Source: Eledone cirrhosa (taxonomy: Eukaryota). From it: a DNA stretch of 64,000 bases. The position numbers were made by a program, and so were the translations under genes. Shown in pieces: positions 53,401 to 64,000 of this stretch. The DNA lies in NCBI GenBank assembly GCA_964016885.1, contig OZ024741.1:86242001-86306000 (forward strand), written 5' to 3'. How positions within the stretch are numbered: position 1 is the stretch's first letter; each line of letters starts with the position of its first letter. The notes under the pieces are model-generated. The model made no database searches. It was not told the origin of the DNA and saw only the letters and a program-made list of their open reading frames with translations.

Positions 53401-54329
53401 AATGTGGCCAGACCTATCCCTGCACCCTCTTCCACCAGCACTCACTAACAGCTATTTTCAACTTCACCACACACACACATGCCTCTCCCCACAGCACTCA
53501 CTCCTAGCTGCAGCCCCTTTAAAAGTCTTTAGTCTCTTGACTCTCTTGCTATCATACTCTAGAAGCCACTCTCCTCACAATCACACCCTAATAGCATCTG
53601 CCTGCACCCCACCCATGCCCCCTCCTCTACCACTCCTTAGCTATTCTCTCTATCACTATACCTCTCATTTCTAGCATTGAGTGTTCTCATCTCTATGAAA
53701 GAAACAAAAGGGAAGTCGAGAGGACCCTTCAGTTGAGAAAGGGGGGTCGAGAGGACCCTTCAGTTGTGTTTTGGTACAGCAACCTCTCTAGTGTTAGTGA
53801 TTTACATGATAAATGCACTCAGTTCACACTGTAAAATGGTTGGTGAAAGGAAAGGCATCCAACCATAGAGAGCTTACCAAACAAAGTGTTGGGAGGACCC
53901 TCAGTTGTGTCAAAAACATGGCAACCTCTCCTGTGAACTTGGTAGAATGCAAGACTGTCCATAAGTGAGGTGCAAATTCCTGGCCTGTTGGAAGATCAGT
54001 AGCCCTGCTTAGACACTGACTTGGTTTATATAGACCCATCCAACCCTTGCTAGCAGGGAAAGTGGATGTTAAAATGATATATATATATCATTATTTAACA
54101 GCCATTTCCCTGTTAGCAAAGGTTGAATTGGTCTTTTCAGACTGAGTCAGTACTTAAATAGGGTTGAGGGACTGCATCTTACTTACGTTCCCATGCTTTA
54201 CTGCGTGTTCAGATGGGATGTGAACCCCAAATCTCACTTACATACGTTTTTGCGCTCTACCAAGTACATTTTATAAAGATATATATATATCATTTTATGC
54301 ATTTTCTTCTCGGGATGTTATTAAACCTC

Positions 54330-55130
54330 AGCTGGTGTTTGTAACTGACCCCATTCATATATTGTATTATTTAATGTTACTGGGGAAAATAACAAGATGC
54401 TGACTTTTTGTTATTTGGTATTAAGGCATAATTTCTTTATTTTACATTACTGCTTATGAGTATCTGATTCTTCTCATCTCTCCAAAGATAGTCAGGGTGA
54501 CCTTTTTAGGTTTGTTTATAGTCTTCTTGTTTTTCTCTTTGTTTCATTCTATTGACACCCCTCAAACTATCATTTTGTTTACTCATTCTGTTCTACATAC
54601 AACTGTTTGTTTTTGCACAGTTTCTTAACTGTTTTCTCTCTGGTACAAATTCTATTGGAATAACATGACAGCTTAAAAAAAAAAATATGTATATATAAGT
54701 ATAAAGAGTTAGTGTCAGGTAGGGCATCTGGCTTTAAAGCATTGTCTCGGAAAGTCCCGTTCAACCTATGCCAGCATGGAAAAGTTTACACAAAAGTGAT
54801 TATGATGAAGTTCCTTCAAACCTTTTACAACTTGGTTTACTTCAGAAACAGTTATTTTTCCTCTCTGTATAGACATTTAAATCATTGATCAACAAAAACT
54901 AGATATTTTGTAGGTTTTAAAAAAATATATACTGTATAAACTCTAAACAACCTTTATATCCAATGATAGCTTCATGAATGGAAGATTCTAGATGTGGGTA
55001 AAAGTGTTTTTAAAATTTTTCTATCCACATAAGACTGTAAATGAGTTAGTTTATCATTTCTGATATTGACTAGGGTAACATTGAAACATCTTCTCTTAGT
55101 AATCAAACATCCCGAAAGAGAAAAAATTGT
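54330..55130 (-). pseudogene. Highly decayed piggyBac transposase remnant
   Basis: Minus remnants DKLTHLQSYVD, SIHEAIIGYKGCLEFIQYI..KPTK, LWRDEK, YNMNGV. Confidence 0.6.
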
Positions 55131-55829
55131 CAAATATATAAATGTTCTTTTTTTTTTAAAATGCATGAGAAAACAATTTAAAAATCACTTAGACTAATTA
55201 TATTTTATATACAAACATTAGGTACTATAAGTTAATATAAATTGTAGTTTTAAAAAAATATTTTTTCTTCTTTTACTGGCTTCAGTACACCTTGTAGCCA
55301 CTACCACCACTGATTACCTCCCTGAATAACATTATGATACTTTGAAACTAGTTCCCTAAGCTGAATAGTGAAAATCATTAGTTATTTGATATGTCCATAC
55401 AAAAATTGCTCTAAATTTATAATGTTTCTACTTTTGGCACAGGGCCAGCAATTACCCAGTGCATTACTAGTGCATTATTTTATCGACCCCATAAGGATGA
55501 AAGGCAAAGTTAACCTCGGTCGATTTGAATACAGAACGCAAAGGGCCACAACTCTGCTGCAAAGCATGGTGTCTGACGCTCTACCGATACTGCCAAACCA
55601 CTGCCCTAAAAACATGAAATTTTCAGTGAAGTTTCTAAACTAAATATTTTAAACGATATTACAAAAAAGTTCATTATATTTATATTTTGTTAAATTACAT
55701 AAACAATTTAGTATCATAAAATATATGAAAAGGCATGAAAAAACATTATTTTCTTTAAACACACACACATATATTTAACCTACAGTCAGTAGGTACCTCT
55801 TAACCAAATATACACCCCAACCCACTACC

Positions 55830-56152
55830 CCTACTCCATCCTCCCACTCACACCAACACCACCACCCTTTCTCTGTAAAGTTATGTGGGTACTACAACAT
55901 TCAGTCCAAACAAAAAAAAAAAAAAAACATCCAGTCCACGCTGTAAAGTGGTCGTGAAGGAGACATGGTAAAAAAGGCTCCCAGTCCACACTGTAAATGT
56001 GGTTGGTGTTCGGAAGGGCAGCCAGCCATAGAAAACCTGCCGGATACAGCCCTATATGAGTGAGACACAGTCACCTGATCAATCTTGCCTCAAGTGGGAC
56101 AATTCCCGTCTAGCCCATGCTAGCGTGGAAGATTGACGTTTGATGATGAGGA

Positions 56153-56156
<4 letters not shown>
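55830..56156 (+). mobile_element. Diverged RTE family A 3'UTR
   Basis: Homologous to the reverse complement of 14158-14520 (TGTAAAGTTATG..CTTGCCTCAAGTGGGAC..CCATGCTAGCGTGG); ends in (GAT)n then (TA)n. Confidence 0.8.
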
Positions 56157-56210
<54 letters not shown>

Positions 56211-56849
56211 GGAAGTTTGTTTATATCAATTTCTGGAAATGTTCAAGATGATATGGCTTGAAACAGCTGATGTAGAGGTTCACTTTGCATTGTTTACATC
56301 CTGTTTTTGGTTCCCTTCTAGTGTTTTCTTTGGAACACTGTTTATACTTTTCCCCTATGTCTACAGGCCCAGGCAACTGCATGGCACCCTGAGAAGGTCC
56401 AAGAGGGTGCTGGGGCCTAAGAGGGTTCTGGAGCGGGGCCAGTGAAGATGATTTAATAGTATATTAAATATCAAATGATACGTATTATATATAAATATAG
56501 TAAAACAAAAATATATATTTATTTATACACAGTATATATTATATTATTTATTATATATAAATTAAAATTTTTATTCACTATATATTATTTACAATTTATG
56601 TGCAGGCAGGTCTCTCTGGAAATTGGGTATTACATGACCGTGGTTCAAAAAGTTTGAGAACCTCTACTCTAGACAATATCAGAAATAATAAACTAACTTA
56701 TATACAGTCTTAGCAAAAATAGAATGAAGCTACGATAGAAAGGTTGTTTAGAATTCTTAGAAAAACCCAGAAAGTAAGTTTTGGACAATGACTTAAACTT
56801 AAACATCTATACAGAGAAGAAAAATAACTATTTTTGAAGTGTTTCAGGT

Positions 56850-57579
56850 GGCTCTCTACTGGTCAACACGGTCCACCCCATTCATGTGCTCAGTATAAAT
56901 TTTTTTTTATTGATCTTAGATATGGCACATTGTGGTATTCCTGGACTTTCGTTTTTGCCACACTTGTTAAATAATTTCAACTGGCATTGGTTGTCAGCAG
57001 TGTTACAGTGTTCTTATCATGCCAAACCATTGCCACTAGGTTCCCCTTTTGTTTTTGAATCAAGTCGCTTTATTTTTTCAATTAGGCTGAGGTGATAGCT
57101 TTTGGCATGCCTCTTCTATGTTTATGTACTGTGCTGCAAGCGTAAGTCCCATTCTGTAAAAGTTTTTCAAACAGTTTTACAGAAAAAAAGAAATTATCAC
57201 AATGCATTTGGTGATTTTGTCCCCATATGCCTCTTGTGAGGTCCTTAACTCTTTCTCTATGTCCTTGTTTGACCTGATTTGAAATTTTCTTGGTATAAAT
57301 TTGGAAGTTGTTCACATAACCATTGTGGGGATCAGTCTGCATTCACACTTTTATCCTACATTTTATAGGCTTCAATGGAATGTATTTGAAGGCAATCAGA
57401 GCTTTGTCAATGGATGTTTCACAGTGTGGGTTATACTGTGACTTCAGATTTTGGCATGTTTGTTCAATAAAAGACTGTAAATGGGTAAGGCTGTCATGTC
57501 CAGGGTAGCCACTGGCTGGATTCTGAGTGACATCAGAAATAGGGAAATATTGAGTGAGTAGCCTGTCTCTGGTAATTAA
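56850..57579 (-). pseudogene. Older decayed piggyBac transposase, split by the younger piggyBac (probably continues at ~60162-60290)
   Basis: SIDKALIAFK, PLKPIK, NGYVNNFQIYT, HCDNFFFSVKLFEKLLQNGTYACSTV, WHDKNTV, HMNGVDRVDQ. Confidence 0.82.
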
Positions 57580-57583
57580 TTAA

Positions 57584-60157
57584 CCCTTTCGTTACCAAAC
57601 CGCCCAAAGGCGCCCGAAAAAAATGTTGGTTCATGTGACCAAGCCGCCCAAAACCGCCCGTACTCACACATTCATATTTAAATGAGAATATCAGAGCAAA
57701 TCTTGTTAGTACATTCGTGAAAACACATGATTATACTACAGTTTCGGACAAATATCGACGTGTTATTTTAATTCTGTGAATTTTGGGAGATTTTTTTTCC
57801 AAATTTGTTCCTGTTGTATTTTGAAAATTTGTAATTCTGACAAAAAATGGATACCAATTTCATTCAGTCAAGCAGCGAGTCGGAATTCGAAGGATTTTCT
57901 ACTGAAGACCTTGAAAAATTTAACTCTATAGCTGAAAAAAAAAAAGCACGTGGTATTTGATAATGAATCCGATGTTTCATTTTCCGAAAGTGAAAGTGAA
58001 TCCGAGAGCTCCGATGACAGCGATAAAGAAAATGAATTGGCACCTGAATGGAGTAAAAATTTAAAAACTGTTTCTTTCAGTGATTTTTATGAAGAAACTG
58101 GACCAAGTCACTGTCTATCCCAGGAGAGCAAAGCTTTAGACTATTTCCATTTACTTTTTCCTATGAGCTTGTTTGAAATTATTACGGCGGAAACAAACCG
58201 TTACGCTGAAAGTAAACAAAGCGAAAAAAAGGATAGTTTGTGGTTTCCCACAAGCTTAAATGAAATTAGGGCGTATTTTGCCATAAATATTATTATGGGC
58301 ATTAGAAAGCTACCCAGAATTACAAATTACTGGAGTACCGATGAACCCTTTGGAGACGAATATGTCTCAAGTATAATGACGAGGACACGGTTTTTCAAAT
58401 TGACGCAGTATTAACATGTAAAAGACACGAGCAGTACACCAGTACACGGAGAACCAAACTATGATCCCTTATTTAAAATAAGACCCCTCATTGATTGTGT
58501 TCAAAACACATATAAAACAGTTTACAAACCAGGGAGATATTTATCTATCGATGAGGGTATGGTAGGCTATAAAGGCCAAGTGCGTTTTCGACAATATATG
58601 CCAGGAAAGCCCACAAAATGGAGGATGAAAGTTTGGAAGATTTGCGAATCCAATACTGGGTACTGCTCTGGATTTGAATTTTATACTGGCAAAAGAGACA
58701 ATTATGTAAGTCAGCATGGCCTAGGGTATGATGTGGTCTGGAATTTATCACTTCCATTCCATAACCAGGGCCGTATATTATTTTTTGACTGGTTTTTCAG
58801 TTCGGTCAAACTTGCGGAGAATTTAGATACAATGGCAACACATACATGTGCTACAGTGATTGCTAATAGAAAAGGACTGCCGTTAGATATAAAAAAAGCA
58901 AAATTAAAAAAAAAAGGTGAAATAATTCAACGGCAGAAAGGAAATTTGCTAGCGACCACATACAGAGATAAGAGGCAGATCAATTTTCTGTCTACCTGTG
59001 CACGGCCACATGTGGATGAAAATGGCACCCCATTTGTGAATCTCGATTATAACAGTTACATGGGTGGTGTAGATCGGATGAATCAGATGATGTCTTATTA
59101 TCCAGTTGGCAGATCGGGGAATAAATGGTGGTGATACCTGGTTTGGTATATAGTAAATATGAGTATTACTAATGCGTTTATACTATATACTAAATCGGGA
59201 TCGGCTCGAAAGCGATGCGACCATCTGCAGTTCCAAGCAGATGTAGCAACACAATTAAGAGGTGGTTATTCCTAAAAAAAATAACTGTAGGGAGAAAAAC
59301 CAAAGCCTGCCAGAGAGATATCCCTCTGAATTCAACCGATCTCCATAAATTAGAAAAAATCGAGGGTCGCAAAAGGCAGTGTCGTGAATGCCTTAATAAA
59401 AAAAAAGGAAAGCTCCTAGTGGAAGGTCTGTTGAAACAACTTTCCAATGTGCATTCTGCAAGGTTGCATTATGTAGAGCAGGGTGCTTCACAAGTTTTCA
59501 TGATAGGAATATTGTTTGATTTGTATATATGTGTGATTTTATTTTATTAATATTTTCAAATTTACTTCGTTTTTATTTTTTTTTTATGTGTAATTTTAAT
59601 TTACCTATTTTAATTTACCTGTAAGGTGAATGACGAGTTTTGATTAATTTCTTTTGTAAATCATTATTGTATATTTCTGCATATCTATGTATGTGGGAGA
59701 GCTTATTTAATCTAGTTGATGGTGTGTGTGTATTTTGTTTTTTAGTTTTCTTCAGACAAATTCCAGTCTTATTTATACCTTTATGGTACACCTGTCTTTT
59801 GTGTGTTTAAATTCACCTGATAAATCCAGTAATGTGCACAACTCTTCTATAGTAAAATTTTGTTGTATGCTCAATTGAATATTAGCTAATAACCCATTTT
59901 CTATAGCGATGTTTGAACAAAATTTAAATAATTTCATATTTTGTTGAATTTACCTGTATTTACCTGTAATTAGAGTCACTTTGAGACAAAAATTATGGAA
60001 TAGAATTGGTTGAGAACCTTTCGTTAAATTTTCTTCCAAAAATCACATTAATATGTTGATAAATAAAAAAGTTAGAGTTGTTTAATGAAACCAGACTAAA
60101 TTTATGATTGTTAGAAATTAATTGAAACACATGGTTAGAAATATGGTAACGAAAGGG
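57584..60157 (+). mobile_element. Full-length piggyBac transposon (2574 bp)
   Basis: TTAA TSDs at 57580-57583 and 60158-60161; perfect 14-bp TIR CCCTTTCGTTACCA / TGGTAACGAAAGGG; left subterminal direct repeats ACCAA.CCGCCCAAA..CGCCCG. Confidence 0.97.
57848..59519 (+). pseudogene. piggyBac (PGBD4-like) transposase with few lesions
   Basis: Acidic N-terminus; SIDEGMVGYKG, YMPGKPTKW, FFDWFFSS, YMGGVDRMNQ; C-terminal CRECL..FQCAFCKVALCRAGCFTSFH. In-frame stops at 58412 and 59132, plus frameshifts in/near A-runs. Confidence 0.92.
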
Positions 60158-60545
60158 TTAAGCAATCATCAGGCAAATAATATGGCTGACAGTGTTAGAT
60201 ATTCAAAATATACAAGACTTCCAGTGACAGGTTTATGTTGTGGTACAAGTTATATATGAGTTGTTTTCCTTTGAAGTTTACAGAATGTAAAAATATGTAA
60301 ATTTTTCTTAACATTGGCACAAAGCCAGTAATTTGGTCAGAGGGGACAGTCAATAATATCAACCCATTACTAGTCTTGTGCTTTATTTTATTGACCCTGG
60401 AAGGATGAAAGGTAATGTTGATCTTTAAAGTGTTTGGTATTAGGAAGGGCATCTAGCCATAGAAAACTTGCCAAATAAGGGCTTAGGAGGACCTTTCAGT
60501 TTGTGTCAAAGACACAACTTATCTGCATTTGATATTAACATACAT

Positions 60546-60940
60546 GGAGGCACATGGTTTAGTGGTTAGAGCATTGGCCTTGCAATCGAAAGGTTGTGAG
60601 TTCAATTCTCAGACCGGGTGATATGTTGTTTCAAGACACTTGAGCAAGACACTTTATTTCACATTGCTCCAGTTTACTCAGCTGTAGAAATGAGATGATA
60701 GGACTGGGGTCCCTATCATTCCACTACAAAGTGGTCGTGGAGGTGCCACCGCAAAAAAGCACCCACCCCACACTGTAAAGTGGACGTGTAGCCGCCACGG
60801 GAAAAAAGCACCCAGCATTTACTGTAAATGAGGTTGGTGTTAGGAAGGGCATCCAGCTGTAGAAAATCAAGCCAGAATCAGTTCCCGTCCCACCCTTGCA
60901 AGCATTGGAAAGTAGACGTAAAATGATGATGATGATGATA
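60546..60940 (+). mobile_element. tRNA/CORE SINE with RTE tail (full length, extra tail subrepeat)
   Basis: Matches 23831-24172 with one additional ~53-nt unit. Confidence 0.92.
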
Positions 60941-61705
60941 AGCAGGATCCAGACCCCTCGGCCAATCTGGGAGGTCAGTAGCTCCGCTTCAGTACTGACT
61001 TGGTCTATGTAGACCCGTCTAACCCTTACTAGCAGGGAAAGCAGACATTAAATGATGATGATAAATATATATAACCTTCAGCAGGCTTCTATGTAGTATC
61101 TGTTTGTTGGATTTCACTTACAAGTCTTTAATTTACCTGTGACTCTGGTGGTAGCACTTGTTCAAGATGCCATACAGTGAGATCAACTTGAGCCACATGA
61201 TTTGTGAAGCAAACCTCTTAATCAAAAGGTCATGCTCATAGTCATCGGTCAAAATTTCCAAGGCAACTAAATATACAAAACAATATTAAATGTTATAAGG
61301 AAGAGGACAATCAAGAGATATTCTTTATTCGGCTATCAGCAAGCTATTTTGCTATGAGGTAGCTTACAAGAGTACAATGCCATTTTAGTGTTACAAGATA
61401 ACACATAATCAGGGGTTAAAGGATAAATTTATGGATAAAAGATTTTGACTGTATGAGAAGGAAATAAAAGATGTCATTTATATACTTCTGAAGCTAGTCT
61501 GATACTTAAAAACATTATTCTGCTGTCTAAATGCTAGGTCTTAAATGTTTACAAAGTTGTCTCTTTGATAAGTATCTATTGAAAACTCTCATAGTTTATG
61601 TGCTAACTCTGGATGGCAATGATTGTGTGAAAGATCAGTTCTACATTGACTTTTTGGCAACTGGAGCACCTGAAGCAATAGATGGATCCTCAGTAAGAGA
61701 TGTTT

Positions 61706-64000
61706 CTTTATTAGCCACAGGGGCACAAAAGAAAGGGACAAATACAAAGGGGGACGTTTACATACAATAAAAACGTGTAAAATATCACAAATGCAATTTA
61801 AAAATTAGTCGATTTTCCCCAATAGGGGGAGACAGTTCATATGGGTAACACATACCCCCGAAAAAATGTGCAACCCTCATCTCCAGGAGTACGAAGAGTT
61901 TGTATTCCTTTCCTCTCCTCCTTCTTTTCCTCAACCTACAGGCTGATATAGAGAGAAGGCCCATTCACTCGGGCCTTTCTCGCCACTTTCACCCACCTTT
62001 CATAAAACTTGCTGGGGTACAGCACCTCTCTCTCCATTCTGATTCTTCTTCCAAAGTGGTATTTGAAAAAAAGAATCAGTTGTTGACCGGAGAGAAAGGT
62101 GTCTGACCTCAGCCTTTTCAACCTTGTCCATCATACAACCTCTTTCGCCATAGCAAAAACCGCCTCTCCTTCATTTTTGAAGGAGGGTGGCGGCTTGATC
62201 ATGACAATGGACTCGGTGGTCAACTGGATTGGTCCCACCCGCGACAATAGTCTACAGGTCGGTGATGCCCGGGCAGTGTATGAATGCATGCGCGACAGTT
62301 TCTTCGTCTCGCACGCACCTCGGACAGATCTTTTTTGCAGGGTCCCTGCCCGGGCGCCTATGTCTGTAGAGCTTGTCTCGAACTGGTAGAGCTCCTCGGT
62401 AGCACTGCCAGGCCAGGGACTTTTGGAAGTTGTCCATCGGTCCCTGGCGGAAGGTCCTACCGAACAGGCTGGCCAGTTCGTCTTCCTCTACGCCCAGAGT
62501 TTCACCGAGCTCGTCGTCGCACTTGCTGCAGATCAACCCTCTATAGAATGACGAAGTGGAGTCTCCACTGATTGCCGGGTACGCCTGCCAGAGAGCTGTG
62601 AGCGCCTGAGCAAATTCGATGTGCCAGTCGCCCATTTTCCTCGGTCTTTGCTTGATCCAGGACTGCAGCTCGGTCAGCGAGACGAGTCGTGGGAAGGCTC
62701 GCCTCACGAACGGGGCCCACACCGGTTGTCTGGTGAGGAATACGTAGAGATGCCGAAGCCTGAGTGCGTGTTTGCGCATCGTCAGCCACGGCATCCCCAG
62801 CCTTCCGTTGGAAGGGCGTTGGCAGCAGATGGATCTTCTCACCATAGGAGCCCGCCTCTTCCAAAGGAATTGGAAGAGCGCGCGCTCCATTTTGGCGAGT
62901 GTTTGGGCTGGACAAGGCACGACGTTCAAGCGGTAGTAGATGGCGGACGCTATAAAAGTGTTCGCCACCTCCGCTCGACCTTTCAAGGATAGTTTGCACT
63001 CAGCCCACTTCTGGGTGAGTGCAAACACCTTGGCCGACACCTCGTTCCAGTTCTTCTCCACCTGGAGGTCCGGACCAAACCAGACCCCGAGCAGCTTTAC
63101 TGGTCGTTCCGTCCAGCGTCCGACGGCGCCATCGGAAGGCATTGGTCTGCCTCTCCATGATCCGAGTTGCAAACCCATGGACTTGTTCAGCTTCGCTCCT
63201 GTGAACCTTTCGTATTCCTTCAGTAAGGTGCCGACTTCCTCGATTTGCGAGGCGCTCGACACCATTACTGTCACGCCACTTTCCGCAGTCCCGGTTCCAG
63301 AGGGACGCCCTGCAATAGCTCCAACTTTCGCAGTAGTGGCTCGAGAGTCAATATACAGAAGGGAGGAGAGAGGGCATCCCTGTTGAATGGATCGCGCGAT
63401 ATGGAACGGCTCTGAAAGGTAGCCGTTCACCTTAACCCTTGAGTAGATGTTGCTGTTATGCATTGCAGCAATCCAGCCCCTGAACACGGGTCCGAAGCCT
63501 GCCGCCTTGAGCACCGCATCCAGGTAACGATGGTTAGCCCTATCGAAAGCCTTAGACTGATCCAAGTTGATCAGGGCCCCACTGAAGCCGGGTTTACACC
63601 CTACCCTCTCTATGATGTATCGCATGAGGTGGAGGTTGTCGTGTATGGACCTGGTCGGGATTGCGCATCTCTGCGCTTCTCCCACCAGGTTCCCGACGAC
63701 AAGCGCCAGCCTCTTTGCCAACACCTTGGCCAAAATCTGTAACTCTGTGTTTAGCAGAGTTATGGGTCGGAAGTTGCCTATGTCATCCCCCTTATTCTCG
63801 TCCTTCCTGACTAGTGTGACCACGCCCCCGGTTACAGAACTGGGAATTCTCCCGTTCTGTTGCCAGTTGCAGTAGACCGCTTCCAGGAGACCGGAGAATA
63901 AGTCCGGCATTACTACGTAAAATTCGTAGGGTAGACCGTTGAGACCTGGAGATTTGCGTTTGCCGCATTGGCTCAACACGTCCTCTATCTCAGCGGCTGA
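61706..64000 (-). mobile_element. L1/Tx1-clade LINE, 3' portion (continues beyond the window)
   Basis: ORF 62252-63979: KSPGLNGLP, NFRPITLLN, LDQSKAFD, QGCPLS, KLLGVWF, SLKGRA, C-terminal CPRC..ETVAHAFIHC. The YADD motif is lost in a frameshifted/deleted patch. 3'UTR ends at AATAAAGAAA. Confidence 0.93.

Noticed and set aside
54601-54671. Apparent minus-strand exon (T-tract AAG ... GTATGT)
   Set aside because: Lies collinearly within a decayed piggyBac transposase.
56368-56670. Possible hAT MITE (right end AAAAAGTTTGAGAACCTCTA)
   Set aside because: Matching left TIR and 8-bp TSD not found.
62099-63875. Several plus-strand ORFs over the Tx1 element (and over the RTE at 14605-17546)
   Set aside because: Antisense shadows of LINE coding sequence with no recognisable motifs.

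Overview
This window is eukaryotic, repeat-saturated DNA with no confidently identifiable host protein-coding gene. The SINE/LINE repertoire and the multi-kb (TA/TG)n arrays point to a coleoid cephalopod such as octopus (inference). About 18 kb is TA-based microsatellite, and there is a 200-N gap at 13342-13541 with near-identical sequence on both sides. The one intact ORF is an RTE-clade LINE (14529-17807, minus strand; APE endonuclease + RT) with a C4HC3 PHD-type finger inserted inside the RT domain. Decayed relatives of this LINE and tRNA/CORE SINEs share its 3' stem-loop and (GAT)n tail. Other elements: internally deleted RTE derivatives, CR1-like and L1/Tx1 LINE fragments, a decayed Ty3/Gypsy element, a DD37D/maT mariner, Helitrons, a full-length piggyBac nested in an older piggyBac, and TTAA MITEs. 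The most notable non-coding signal is four type-I hammerhead ribozyme cores with Penelope/retrozyme-style palindromic stem III. One lies in a 472-bp circularly permuted, non-coding unit resembling a retrozyme/circRNA element, and one lies beside a Penelope GIY-YIG fragment. Boundaries of decayed elements are approximate.
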